Program-made: the position numbers and the translations under genes
Notes under the pieces: generated by a model
Databases searched by the model: none
Told to the model about the DNA's origin: nothing
The model's input: only the letters and a program-made list of their open reading frames with translations
Shown here: in pieces, positions 37,802-47,542 of the stretch
How the letters are laid out: each line of letters begins with the position of its first letter
Position numbering within the stretch: position 1 is the first letter of the stretch
Assembly: GCA_964540535.1 (NCBI GenBank)
Contig: CAZIMO010000002.1
Location: 216,705 to 280,704 of the forward strand
Source of the DNA: an uncultured Eubacteriales bacterium
Lineage (GTDB): Bacteria; Bacillota; Clostridia; Oscillospirales; Acutalibacteraceae
Length of the DNA stretch: 64,000 bases
Direction of reading: 5' to 3'

Positions 37802-38167
37802 TTATTTTTCCTGCAAGCCGTTTAAAAGCTCTTTTTGCTGTTCTTCGTTCATCATTCTGAATTTCACAATAAGCTCCCGTTCTTCTTTTGAAAGCTGTGA
37901 AAGGTAACGGGTATCAAGCTGACCCTCAAAATAATCGTCATCATAAACATATTCTGCGGGAATCCTCTTTTCAAAAAACTTATCAACAGGCACTCTGTAA
38001 AAATCGGCGAGCCTTACCACAGTTTCAATATCAAGTGAACGGCGGCCTATTTCATAACCGCAGTAGGTTGAACGGCTTACGCCGAGAACATCGGCAATTT
38101 GCTGTTGTGAAAGTCCGTTTTGATTTCGGAATATTTTAAGCTGACGGCACAGCATTTGATTTAACAT
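37802..38167 (-). CDS. XRE-family HTH transcriptional regulator
   Basis: Start at MLNQMLCRQLK with SD AAGGTGGG. HTH LSQQQIADVLGVSRSTYCGYE. Confidence 0.8.
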   Translation of the reverse strand: MLNQMLCRQLKIFRNQNGLSQQQIADVLGVSRSTYCGYEIGRRSLDIETVVRLADFYRVPVDKFFEKRIPAEYVYDDDYFEGQLDTRYLSQLSKEERELIVKFRMMNEEQQKELLNGLQEK

Positions 38168-38312
38168 ATAATCCCACCTTTGCACTATACAATGATTATA
38201 CAATGATTTTTTTACAGAAGCAACGAATTTTTTGTAGAAATAATAAATATATTGCAAAATTTTGTCGATATGTTAAAATATAAAATATAAATTTGAATTA
38301 AGGAATGGTTTT

Positions 38313-39359
38313 ATGCCTTATATTATTGGCGGAATTATTATTGCTGTTGTAATAATCGTTCTTTTTGTTACAGCAGCAAAAATTATGGATATGGCAGGCA
38401 TTGGCAAGCGTTGTGAGGGCAATGAAAATCTTAAATATTTCAAAGCGAAGAATTTTGATAATCTCAACGCAAGACCCGTAAGTTTTAAATCTGACAATGG
38501 TCAAACTCTTAACGGATTTTTTTACAGCAGTGCAAAGGTTGAAAAATATAAAGCTTTGATAGTTTTTTCGCACGGTATGGGCGCAGGACATTTGGCTTAT
38601 ACTACCGAAATAAATTATTTTGCGCAAAAAGGTTATCTTGTTCTTGCCTACGATAACACAGGCACCTGCACTTCAGAGGGCAAAAAGCTTAAAGGACTTG
38701 CACAGGGCATAATAGATTTAAGCTTTGCGCTTAAATATGTATCCGAACGTGAAGATTTAAAGGAATACCCTGTACTTCTTGCCGGACATTCTTGGGGAGC
38801 TTACAGTATTTGCAATGTTCAGTCGCTCAAGCCCTATGTTGATATTAAAGGAATTGCCGCATTCTCGCCCTTTGACTCAATGAACAGACTTCTTTGTGAT
38901 ACGGCGAAGCAAATGACCAAAATTGATTTGAAAATCTTAAATCCCTTTTTTGATATCATCAATTTTATCCGTTTCGGAAAAACCGGTGTTCTTCGCACCT
39001 GCGACACAATAAACAGCAATTCAATACCCACGCTGATTATGCACGGCGGCAACGATTTAACGGTCACGCTTCAAAACAGCCCTGTGGGCAGAAAAAGCAG
39101 AATTGCCGATAATGAGAATGCAAGAACCGTGCTTTATGACAGCAAATATCACAATGTATACCTTGCAAAAGACGCAGAGCAATATATGAACGATATTTTT
39201 GCTAAAATCGGCTCGCTTCCTGAAAACAGCCCCGAAGCATATGAAATTTATCAAAATATCGATTATTCACTGATTACAAAGGAAGATTTGACGGTTATGG
39301 ATACCGTAAACGACTTCTTTGAAGAGTGCATTATGAAACGAAATTTTTTGAATGAATAA
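38313..39359 (+). CDS. Membrane-anchored alpha/beta hydrolase
   Basis: N-terminal TM helix and the nucleophile elbow GHSWGA. Confidence 0.75.
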   Translation: MPYIIGGIIIAVVIIVLFVTAAKIMDMAGIGKRCEGNENLKYFKAKNFDNLNARPVSFKSDNGQTLNGFFYSSAKVEKYKALIVFSHGMGAGHLAYTTEINYFAQKGYLVLAYDNTGTCTSEGKKLKGLAQGIIDLSFALKYVSEREDLKEYPVLLAGHSWGAYSICNVQSLKPYVDIKGIAAFSPFDSMNRLLCDTAKQMTKIDLKILNPFFDIINFIRFGKTGVLRTCDTINSNSIPTLIMHGGNDLTVTLQNSPVGRKSRIADNENARTVLYDSKYHNVYLAKDAEQYMNDIFAKIGSLPENSPEAYEIYQNIDYSLITKEDLTVMDTVNDFFEECIMKRNFLNE

Positions 39360-39367
39360 GGTGTCTT

Positions 39368-40027
39368 ATGATTTTCAACAGAAGAAAAGACTATTCTGCG
39401 CGCACAGAATATGACAGAGAGAAAAATAATAAACGTAATAATTACCGCATCCTGAACGAAGAATACGCTTTTCCCTCGCAAACTGTTTTACTTGGCGATT
39501 CAATTACCGATTTTTTCAATTGGTATGAATTATTTTATGACTTTTCACAGTCAGCAAATCAAGCTGTTTATAACCGCGGCATAGGCGGCGACACTACCGA
39601 CAGACTTCTTGAAAGGCTTTATGACAATGTGCTTAATATTAAGCCGAAAAATATTGTTCTGCTCATCGGCACAAATGATATTGGAAGAGGTCTGCCCCTT
39701 GAAATGTCGGTAAATAATGTTGATACTGTTCTTAAACAAATTAAAACTGTCTGTCCCGAAGCAAGCATCGTTTTTCAGGCAGTTTATCCTATTAACAGAC
39801 CTATGCGTAACAGAAACGAAAAACGCAGTAACGAAAAAATCGCCTTAATGAATAAAGAGTTTATTAAATTAAGTGAAAAATACGGCTGTCATTGGCTTGA
39901 TCTCACCGATGAATTGAGAGATAGCGACGGAAATCTGAAAAAAGAATTTACTTATGACGGCTTGCACATCAATGTCAGGGCGTACAAAATTGTAGCGGAA
40001 AAAGTTATTCCGCTGTTAGAAAAGTAA
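39368..40027 (+). CDS. SGNH/GDSL-family hydrolase
   Basis: Block I LLGDSIT, block III GTND, block V DGLH. Confidence 0.8.
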   Translation: MIFNRRKDYSARTEYDREKNNKRNNYRILNEEYAFPSQTVLLGDSITDFFNWYELFYDFSQSANQAVYNRGIGGDTTDRLLERLYDNVLNIKPKNIVLLIGTNDIGRGLPLEMSVNNVDTVLKQIKTVCPEASIVFQAVYPINRPMRNRNEKRSNEKIALMNKEFIKLSEKYGCHWLDLTDELRDSDGNLKKEFTYDGLHINVRAYKIVAEKVIPLLEK

Positions 40028-40094
40028 ATCAAAATCACTGTATAAAAAGCTGTAAAAAAACAAATTTTTTACAGCTTTTTTTGTTTTATACGGT

Positions 40095-41405
40095 CTATAT
40101 TTTTTTCATACCTTTCAAATCTTCTGTTGCAGGGTTTTCTATCAGTTCGCCTTTTGCTGTGAAACGAGAGCCGTGGCAGGGGCAGTCCCATGTATGTTCT
40201 TCGGCATTCCATTTCAACGCACAGCCCATATGAGGACATCGCTTTGTTGTTGGCGTTGCAAGGTTGATTGCTGTTTCACCCAAATTTATAAAAAGCTGTG
40301 GAGTTAAAATACTTCGTGATGGCGAAAAAAGCTCTTTATATTCATTATCTTTATCGGTAACCAAATCCGCAAGCAGATTAGCTGACACCATTGACGAGGT
40401 AATACCCCATTTATTAAAGCCCGTTGCCACATAAAGATTGGGCGTTTTTGGCGAATACTGCCCTATATACGGAACACCGTCAAGGCTCATACAGTCCTGC
40501 GTTGCCCAACTGTATTTTTCAGGACAGTCGGGAAAATGAAGTTTCGCAAAGGTACGGATTTCGCTGTATCCACCGCCCTGCTTGCCTGTGCGGTGGTCGC
40601 CGCCGCCCACTATAATGTAATTTTTATAATTTCTGAATGTATAACCGCCTGTTGCCTCGTCAACATACATTCCGTTGATTTTCGGTCCGTTTTCAAGCGC
40701 AGTAAGATATGAGCGTTCTTGAAAAAGCTTGATGAAATATGCACCGCGTCTGTTCATAAACGGAAAGTGCGTTGCAACAATGATTTTATCTGCAACCAAA
40801 TCACCGGAAAATGTAATTGCATGAGTTCCCCGAACCTCAATGACCTTTGTGTTCTCGTAAATTTCTAAATCCTTTGAGATTTCAGAAAGCATTTTCAAAG
40901 GATCAAACTGTGCTTGATTGCGAAATTTCACTGCTCCCACAATTTTAACAGGTACGGGAATTTCACTGACAAAATCCGCTGAATAATGGATTTTTGCAAG
41001 GGCTGAAAGCTCTTTTTCAACCTTTTTCATACTGTCAGTACAATAAACAAAATTATCCTTATTCTCAAAATCGCATGGGATTTGTTCCGCTAATCGGCGG
41101 TACTCATCTATTGCCTTTTCATTGGCTTCAAGATACATCCGGGCTTTTTCTTCGCCAAAGCTTTTAATAAGCTTATCATAAATAAAGCCGTGCTGTGAGG
41201 TGATTTTTGCAGTGGTATTCGGGGTTACTCCACTGCAAATTCTGTCAGCCTCTAAAAGAATACAGCTAACCCCTCTTTGCTTTAATTTATAGGCGCACAA
41301 AATGCCTGCAATACCGCCGCCGATTATAAGTACATCAGTCTTTTTATTACCTTTTAGCGTTGGAAAGGTTTTAAATTTTGACTCTGCCGACCACAATGAG
41401 AGCAT
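40095..41405 (-). CDS. FAD-dependent oxidoreductase fused to a C-terminal Rieske [2Fe-2S] domain
   Basis: VLIIGGGIAGI motif. Rieske motif CPHMGC...CPCHGSRF. Confidence 0.8.
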   Translation of the reverse strand: MLSLWSAESKFKTFPTLKGNKKTDVLIIGGGIAGILCAYKLKQRGVSCILLEADRICSGVTPNTTAKITSQHGFIYDKLIKSFGEEKARMYLEANEKAIDEYRRLAEQIPCDFENKDNFVYCTDSMKKVEKELSALAKIHYSADFVSEIPVPVKIVGAVKFRNQAQFDPLKMLSEISKDLEIYENTKVIEVRGTHAITFSGDLVADKIIVATHFPFMNRRGAYFIKLFQERSYLTALENGPKINGMYVDEATGGYTFRNYKNYIIVGGGDHRTGKQGGGYSEIRTFAKLHFPDCPEKYSWATQDCMSLDGVPYIGQYSPKTPNLYVATGFNKWGITSSMVSANLLADLVTDKDNEYKELFSPSRSILTPQLFINLGETAINLATPTTKRCPHMGCALKWNAEEHTWDCPCHGSRFTAKGELIENPATEDLKGMKKI

Positions 41406-41411
41406 AAAAAA

Positions 41412-41457
41412 TCACCTGTAATATTTTAACCTTTGTAAGATTAAATATTACAGGTGA
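41412..41457 (-). terminator. Rho-independent terminator of copA
   Basis: 15-bp stem TCACCTGTAATATTT/AAATATTACAGGTGA with a T-run on the minus strand. Confidence 0.8.
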
Positions 41458-41476
41458 AATTTTGTATCAGATAAAA

Positions 41477-43966
41477 TTACTCAACAACCTTGTAGCCCTG
41501 ATCTTCAACTGCTTTTTTTAGAACAGCAGGCGCTAAATCAGCATCAAGAGTAACAAATGCGGTGCCGTCTTTGTGATTTACAACAGCTTCGCGTACCTCT
41601 GCAAATCCTTCAAGAGTTTTCTTAACTGTTGCTTCGCAGTGAGGACACATCATACCTTCAATTTTCATTGTGATTTCCATAGTTTTTTTCTCCTTTGTTT
41701 TATTTTTTATCTTTTTATCTTTTTTCGCATTACGGATATTTACAAAATTAAGCCGTAAAGCGTTTGATACCACACAGAATGACGAAAGGCTCATTGCCGC
41801 CGCACCGAACATCGGGTTAAGCTCCCAACCGAAAAGGTTTATAAATACACCTGCAGCAAGAGGAATACCGATTGCATTGTAGAAAAATGCCCAGAAAAGA
41901 TTTTCGTGAATATTGCGAAGTGTTGCACGGCTTAATCTGATTGCGGCAGGCACATCTGAAAGACGGCTTTTCATAAGTACAATATCAGCCGCATCAATTG
42001 CAATGTCAGTGCCTGCGCCGATTGCAATACCTATATCAGCACGGGTAAGCGCAGGGGCGTCGTTAATACCGTCGCCTACCATTGCAACCTTACCGCTGTC
42101 TTTAAGCCTGCGTATTACAGCCTCTTTGCCGTCGGGCATAACACCTGCAATAACCTCGTCAACACCTGCAATTTTACCGATTGCATTAGCGGTTTTTTCA
42201 TTATCGCCTGTAAGCATTACCACACGAATACCCATATTCTGCAGTTCTTTAATTGCCTGCGGACTGTCCTCTTTAATAACATCAGCCACTGCAATTATTC
42301 CCAAAAGACGGTTTTCTATACTGAAAAGCAATGGAGTTTTGCCCTCATCAGCAAGACTTTCGGCAATTTTTATTGTATTTTCATCAACAGAAACCTTTTC
42401 ATTTATGAATTTAAGGCTTCCGCCGTAAATCGTCTTATCGCCTATTTCGGCTGTTACTCCGTTTCCCGACAGAGCTTTAAAATTCTGCACCTCTGCCGCA
42501 GTAATTCCTGTTTCTTCACCTTTAGCTATAATCGCCTTTGCCAACGGATGCTCGCTTTTGACCTCAAGAGAATACGCCATATTCAAAAGCTGTTCTTCTG
42601 TAATATTTTCAGCAGGAATTATATCTGTAACCTTAGGACTGCCGAGAGTTATTGTTCCTGTTTTATCAAGTACAACTGTATTCACTCTGCCTGTTTCTTC
42701 AAGAGATACGGCAGTTTTAAATAAAATTCCTTTTTTTGCGCCTACGCCGTTGCCGACCATAATGGCAACAGGAGTTGCAAGTCCTAAAGCGCAGGGACAG
42801 CTTATTACAAGCACTGAAATTGCCCTTGCCAACGCATAGCCTGCGCTTTGACCTACTATAAGCCACACAATAAGCGTTACTATCGCAATGGTGATTACCG
42901 CAGGAACGAAAATGCCCGAAACCTTATCGGCGATTTTGGCTATAGGCGCTTTTGTTGCGGCGGCGTCGCTTACCATTTTAATAATTTGTGAAAGAGTTGT
43001 GTCCTCGCCCACACGCAAGGCTCTGCATTTTATATATCCCGACTGATTAAGTGTTGCAGCTGAAACTCGGTCACCCACAGCTTTATCAACAGGAATGCTT
43101 TCTCCTGTGAGCGCCGACTCGTCAACAGCTGTTTCGCCCTCAAGAATTTCGCCGTCAACTGAAATCTGCTCGCCGGGGCGAACCACGAAAATATCGCCGG
43201 TTTGCACCTGTTCAATCGGTAATTCGGTTTCAACACCGTCTTTAATTATAACAGCAGTTTTCGGCGCTAATTTCATAAGGGATTTTAATGCGTTTGTAGT
43301 TTTTCCCTTTGAACGGGCTTCAAGCATTTTTCCCACGGTAATAAGGGTTAAAATTGTAGCCGCTGACTCAAAATAGAACTCGTGAAGCCAATGATGAGCC
43401 ATTTCTCCGCCTACGGCAGTCATTTTGAAAAGTGCGTATACGCTGTATAGAAATGAAGCGCCCGAACCGAGAGCCACAAGCGTATCCATATTCGGCGATC
43501 GGTGCAAAAGTCCTTTAAATCCGCTGATAAAGAATTTTTGATTTATGACCATTATAATCGCGGTCAAAAGCAACTGTAAAATTCCGATTGCCATAGGATT
43601 TGACGCTAAAGCTTCGGGCAGCCACCAGCCCCACATAACATGCCCCATTGAGATATACATTAAAATTATTAAAAATCCCAATGACGCAATAAGCCGTTTT
43701 TTAAGCTTGGGAGTTTCAGTGTCTTTCAGCGTATCTTCATCGCTGTTTTGTAATGTAAACTTTTTACTGTCTTTTAAAGACGCGCCGTATCCTGCATCGG
43801 TTACGGCAGATATAACTTTTTGAGGATCTGCCGAGCCTTCAACGCCCATTGAGTTAGTGAGCAGACTCACTGAACAGGAATTTACACCTTCCACCGCATT
43901 AACTGCCTTTTCAACGCGGGCAACACAGGCGGCGCAGCTCATTCCGGTAACAATATATTGTGTCAT
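41477..43966 (-). CDS. copA: Copper-translocating P1B-type ATPase with N-terminal and C-terminal HMA domains
   Basis: [23 protein letters not shown], plus a C-terminal GMMCPHC domain. Start at MTQYIV; the track start at 43978 lies inside repeat copy C. Confidence 0.9.
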   Translation of the reverse strand: MTQYIVTGMSCAACVARVEKAVNAVEGVNSCSVSLLTNSMGVEGSADPQKVISAVTDAGYGASLKDSKKFTLQNSDEDTLKDTETPKLKKRLIASLGFLIILMYISMGHVMWGWWLPEALASNPMAIGILQLLLTAIIMVINQKFFISGFKGLLHRSPNMDTLVALGSGASFLYSVYALFKMTAVGGEMAHHWLHEFYFESAATILTLITVGKMLEARSKGKTTNALKSLMKLAPKTAVIIKDGVETELPIEQVQTGDIFVVRPGEQISVDGEILEGETAVDESALTGESIPVDKAVGDRVSAATLNQSGYIKCRALRVGEDTTLSQIIKMVSDAAATKAPIAKIADKVSGIFVPAVITIAIVTLIVWLIVGQSAGYALARAISVLVISCPCALGLATPVAIMVGNGVGAKKGILFKTAVSLEETGRVNTVVLDKTGTITLGSPKVTDIIPAENITEEQLLNMAYSLEVKSEHPLAKAIIAKGEETGITAAEVQNFKALSGNGVTAEIGDKTIYGGSLKFINEKVSVDENTIKIAESLADEGKTPLLFSIENRLLGIIAVADVIKEDSPQAIKELQNMGIRVVMLTGDNEKTANAIGKIAGVDEVIAGVMPDGKEAVIRRLKDSGKVAMVGDGINDAPALTRADIGIAIGAGTDIAIDAADIVLMKSRLSDVPAAIRLSRATLRNIHENLFWAFFYNAIGIPLAAGVFINLFGWELNPMFGAAAMSLSSFCVVSNALRLNFVNIRNAKKDKKIKNKTKEKKTMEITMKIEGMMCPHCEATVKKTLEGFAEVREAVVNHKDGTAFVTLDADLAPAVLKKAVEDQGYKVVE

Positions 43967-43970
43967 AATA

Positions 43971-44057
43971 ATCGCCATATGATACAGAATTCGCGCAAAG
44001 AGCCGTTAAAACAGTTTTTTATGCGCGGTATCGTTCCTTTCATTGTATTTTTCACAC
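43971..44057 (-). repeat. Copy C of the dispersed ~88-nt leader element, filling the csoR-copA spacer
   Basis: Sense strand: GTGTGAAAAATACAATGAAAGGAACGATACCGCGCATAAAAAACTGTTTTAACGGCTCTTTGCGCGAATTCTGTATCATATGGCGAT, then tatt-ATG. Confidence 0.9.
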
Positions 44058-44064
44058 AATCACC

Positions 44065-44364
44065 TTATTTCATAAGTTTTTGCAGTGTTGACAGCAAATC
44101 GTCAACAGTTTCGGTTTTACCTGCCTTAATATCATCGGCAACGCAGGTTTTTATATGATTTGCAAGAAGCTCTTTATTAAAAGCATTCAGCGCCGCATTA
44201 ACAGCCGATACCTGTATTATTATATCCGTGCAATAGGCATTTTTTTCAACCATTCCGCGAATACCGCGAATTTGTCCCTCAATTCTGTTAAGACGGTTGA
44301 TAAGAGCCTTGTACTCTTGCTCACTGCGGAGCTTTGTCTTGCATTTTTCACAAGTATTACCCAT
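44065..44364 (-). CDS. csoR: CsoR-family copper-sensing repressor
   Basis: 99 aa. RLNRIEGQIRGI motif and the C..H..C ligand pattern (AYCTD...HIKTC). Confidence 0.9.
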   Translation of the reverse strand: MGNTCEKCKTKLRSEQEYKALINRLNRIEGQIRGIRGMVEKNAYCTDIIIQVSAVNAALNAFNKELLANHIKTCVADDIKAGKTETVDDLLSTLQKLMK

Positions 44365-44387
44365 AATCCCACTCCTTTTACAGTTTT

Positions 44388-44416
44388 ATTATATACCCCC
44401 TGTGGGTATGTGTCAA
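44388..44416 (-). promoter_or_regulatory. Consensus promoter with a CsoR operator in the spacer
   Basis: Minus strand reads TTGACA-CATACCCACAGGGGGTA-TATAAT. The spacer carries the palindrome ATACCC..GGGTAT typical of CsoR operators. Confidence 0.75.
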
Positions 44417-44486
44417 GATAAAAAATAAGGCGGAGATTATAATTTTCTCCACCGTTATTTTAGTTAAGGCGAAGGGAGTCGAAGCC

Positions 44487-45335
44487 TTAATTCATATGTT
44501 CCTTTGATGCGGTTAGAGTGTTTTTCAAAAGCATCGTGATTGTCATAGGTCCTACACCGCCGGGAACGGGAGTGATATATGAGCATTTATCTTTTACCGC
44601 TTCAAAATCCACATCTCCGCAAAGCTTGCCTTCAGTATTTCGGTTCATACCTACATCAATAACAACTGCACCGTCTTTCACCATATCGGGTGTCACAAAA
44701 TACGCTTTACCCACTGCGGCAACAAGAATATCGGCGCGCTTTGTTACCTCTGATAAATTCTTTGTGCGTGAATGGCAGATTGTAACCGTTCCGTTCTGAC
44801 CGAGCAAAAGCATGGCCATAGGCTTGCCTACAATATTGCTTCTGCCGATTACAACGCATTCTTTGCCCTCAACCGAAATACCGTAATATTTGAGCATTTC
44901 CATAATTCCTGCCGGTGTACAGGGAAGAAAAGAATGGTCGCCAATCATAATATGACCTGTATTCACAGGGTGAAATGCGTCAACATCCTTATGGGGAACA
45001 ATCGCATTGAGAACTCTTTTTTCGTCAATCTGTTTTGGCAACGGCAACTGACACAGAATTCCGTCAACCGCTGCGTCATTATTAAGTTTTTCAACCAGTT
45101 CAAGTAATTCTTCGGTTGTGGTCTCTTCGGGCAGCGCATATTCAAAAGACTCCATACCTACCTCGGAGCAGCCTTTTTTCTTATTGTTTACATACACCCT
45201 TGAAGCAGGGTTATTACCGACAATTACAACTGCAAGCCCTGTTTTTTTGCCCTGTGAGCTAAGAGACTCAACCTCTGTCTTGATTTCTTCACGGACAGAC
45301 GCCGAAACCTCTTTACCGTCAATAATTTTATACAT
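44487..45335 (-). CDS. folD: Bifunctional methylenetetrahydrofolate dehydrogenase/cyclohydrolase
   Basis: 282 aa. GILCQLPLP and GRSNIVGKP motifs. Confidence 0.95.
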   Translation of the reverse strand: MYKIIDGKEVSASVREEIKTEVESLSSQGKKTGLAVVIVGNNPASRVYVNNKKKGCSEVGMESFEYALPEETTTEELLELVEKLNNDAAVDGILCQLPLPKQIDEKRVLNAIVPHKDVDAFHPVNTGHIMIGDHSFLPCTPAGIMEMLKYYGISVEGKECVVIGRSNIVGKPMAMLLLGQNGTVTICHSRTKNLSEVTKRADILVAAVGKAYFVTPDMVKDGAVVIDVGMNRNTEGKLCGDVDFEAVKDKCSYITPVPGGVGPMTITMLLKNTLTASKEHMN

Positions 45336-46245
45336 TTTCCTCTACCTCCGAAGGAGTTGATTTTTTCGCTTTATTCAGTTTTATAAAATTATAAACCGTA
45401 AGCACAATACAAACCGTTGCAACAGCGATTGAAAGCAACTGTGAAACACGAAGATTGGTGTCGCCTATATAAAGGCTGTCGGTACGAAGTCCTTCAACAA
45501 AAGCTCTTTCAAGTCCGTAAATAATGCCATAGCCCAAAAAGAGCTGACCGTCGAATTTATGAAACTTCTGACACACAATATACAAAATTAAAAATCCAAA
45601 AAGACACCAAAGCGATTCATAAAGAAATGTGGGGTGAACAGGCAAATCGGGATTCATTTCAATTCCGTTTGCGTCAAATTCTGCTTGATGGCTGTTTATG
45701 TAAGCCACCACCTTATCGCTTGTCATACCCCAAGGAAGAGTTGTGTTTGTGCCGAATGCCTCTTGATTTGTATAGTTGCCCCAACGGCCTATGCCTTGAC
45801 CGATAAGTAAGCTCATTCCCGCCAGGTCAAGAAGCTTTAAAAAGCTTAAATCCACCTTTTTGCAAACGAAATATGCGGCAATCAACGCGCCGATAATTCC
45901 GCCGTAAATTGCAAGTCCGCCATTCCAAATCTGTACTATCTCACCGAGGTTGTTTTTAAAATAATCCCATTCAAAAATTACATAGTATGCGCGTGCGCCT
46001 ACAATTCCTCCGATTGTGCCCCAAATAAGCACATCAAGCATTTTGTCTATGCTTAATTTCCATACATAAGCCTTTCTTCCGCCGAAAAGCACTGCAAGCA
46101 CAAATCCGAATGCAATAATCGCACCGTAAAACTTAATGCTTACGGTGTTATTGCCGAGCGGAATTTCAACAAGTGTGTCATACACATTAAAATTCCAACC
46201 TAAACCCGGAAAAGATACCTCGGTATAACCTGTCAACCACTTCAT
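45328..46245 (-). CDS. lgt: Prolipoprotein diacylglyceryl transferase
   Basis: GGLAIYGGIIG and GRWGNY motifs, polytopic. Confidence 0.9.
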   Translation of the reverse strand: MKWLTGYTEVSFPGLGWNFNVYDTLVEIPLGNNTVSIKFYGAIIAFGFVLAVLFGGRKAYVWKLSIDKMLDVLIWGTIGGIVGARAYYVIFEWDYFKNNLGEIVQIWNGGLAIYGGIIGALIAAYFVCKKVDLSFLKLLDLAGMSLLIGQGIGRWGNYTNQEAFGTNTTLPWGMTSDKVVAYINSHQAEFDANGIEMNPDLPVHPTFLYESLWCLFGFLILYIVCQKFHKFDGQLFLGYGIIYGLERAFVEGLRTDSLYIGDTNLRVSQLLSIAVATVCIVLTVYNFIKLNKAKKSTPSEVEENV

Positions 46246-46261
46246 ATTTTTAACCCCTCTT

Positions 46262-47542
46262 TCAGTTGGGCAAAATTACAGATATTGCCGAATTTTCAAG
46301 ATTAACGGCACTACGAAGTCTGTTATCAACATCTTCAGCAGTTATGCTTTCAAGAACAGCAAGCTGATCGAAAAGTCCGTCGCCGTTGAAATATTCGCCT
46401 ACAAGAGCATTGGCAATAGAATCAACATCGTTGAAATTCATAATAAAATTGCCGTAATGCTTTTTCTTAATTCTGTCAAAGGCTTCACGGTCAACACCCT
46501 CTGCCATAACACGGCGAAGTTCTTCGGTAATTCTTTCACGGACAGTATCATAATCGTTACTTTCACCGCTGAAAAGATGCGCAGAATAGCCGTAGCCCTC
46601 AAAATATTCTGCGTCAAAGGTTGTGTTGATAAGGCCTTCGTTAAGCATAGCTTCATAAAGAGGCGATGTTTTACCTGCAACAATATCAAGAAGAATTGTG
46701 CTTTCAAGTGACTCTTTAAGAGTTCTTTCGGGAGTTTTTATATCCTCTTTAAATCCAATTTGGAAAATAGGCATTGCTACGGGCAGATTGTTAATAACCT
46801 TATCCTTTGCAACCCGGGCAGGCTCAGTAACAAATTTACGCTCAATATTTTTGCACTCTTTAGGCTTAACCATTTTATCTGCTAATTCAAGCACCTGTTG
46901 GACAGTTACATTGCCTGCAACAGCAAGCGCCATATTTGCAGGATTATAAAATGTTTCATAGCACTCATAAAGCAAATCGGCAGTTATGTGGCTTATTGAT
47001 TCAACAGTGCCCGCAATGTCAATTCTTACAGGATGCTTGTGATACAAGGCACGAAGAAGCTCAAAATGTGAACGCCAGCCGGGTTCGTCCTGATACATAT
47101 TAATTTCTTGACCGATAATTCCCTGCTCTTTCTGAACGGTTTTTTCAGTGAAATAAGGGTTTTGAACGAAATCAAGAAGAATTTCAAGAGAAGCCTCTAA
47201 ATTGTCGCTGCACTGAAAAAGGTAACAGGTTTTATCAAAGGTAGTATAAGCATTTGCGTTCGCGCCTGTTTTAGCGTAGCGTGCAAAAGCGTCAAGCTCT
47301 TCGCTTTCAAAAAGCTTATGCTCCAAAAAGTGAGCAATACCTTCGGGAACTTCTGTAAATTCCTTTTCGTCCTCTAATTTAAAGCAAGTGTCAATTGAAC
47401 CGTATTTTGTACCGAAAATCGCATAAGTTGAAGCGTAATTCTCTTTAGGATAAACAAATATTTTAAGCCCGGATTTATGATCGATTTCGAAATAACGCTC
47501 GCCGAGCAATTCATTTTTAATTTCTTTAATATTATTATTCAT
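46262..47542 (-). CDS. M16 (pitrilysin) family peptidase with an HxxEH zinc site
   Basis: HFLEH motif. Start at MNNNIKEIK, overlapping the upstream paralogue. Confidence 0.8.
   Translation of the reverse strand: MNNNIKEIKNELLGERYFEIDHKSGLKIFVYPKENYASTYAIFGTKYGSIDTCFKLEDEKEFTEVPEGIAHFLEHKLFESEELDAFARYAKTGANANAYTTFDKTCYLFQCSDNLEASLEILLDFVQNPYFTEKTVQKEQGIIGQEINMYQDEPGWRSHFELLRALYHKHPVRIDIAGTVESISHITADLLYECYETFYNPANMALAVAGNVTVQQVLELADKMVKPKECKNIERKFVTEPARVAKDKVINNLPVAMPIFQIGFKEDIKTPERTLKESLESTILLDIVAGKTSPLYEAMLNEGLINTTFDAEYFEGYGYSAHLFSGESNDYDTVRERITEELRRVMAEGVDREAFDRIKKKHYGNFIMNFNDVDSIANALVGEYFNGDGLFDQLAVLESITAEDVDNRLRSAVNLENSAISVILPN

Noticed and set aside
41913-42428. 171-aa plus-strand ORF, together with similar ORFs at 3132-3566, 38298-38627 and 33086-33439
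   Set aside because: These are all antisense shadows inside strongly supported genes (copA, the AEC permease, the hydrolase, the pseudokinase). Their Ser/Ile/Ala-rich compositions have no recognisable motifs.
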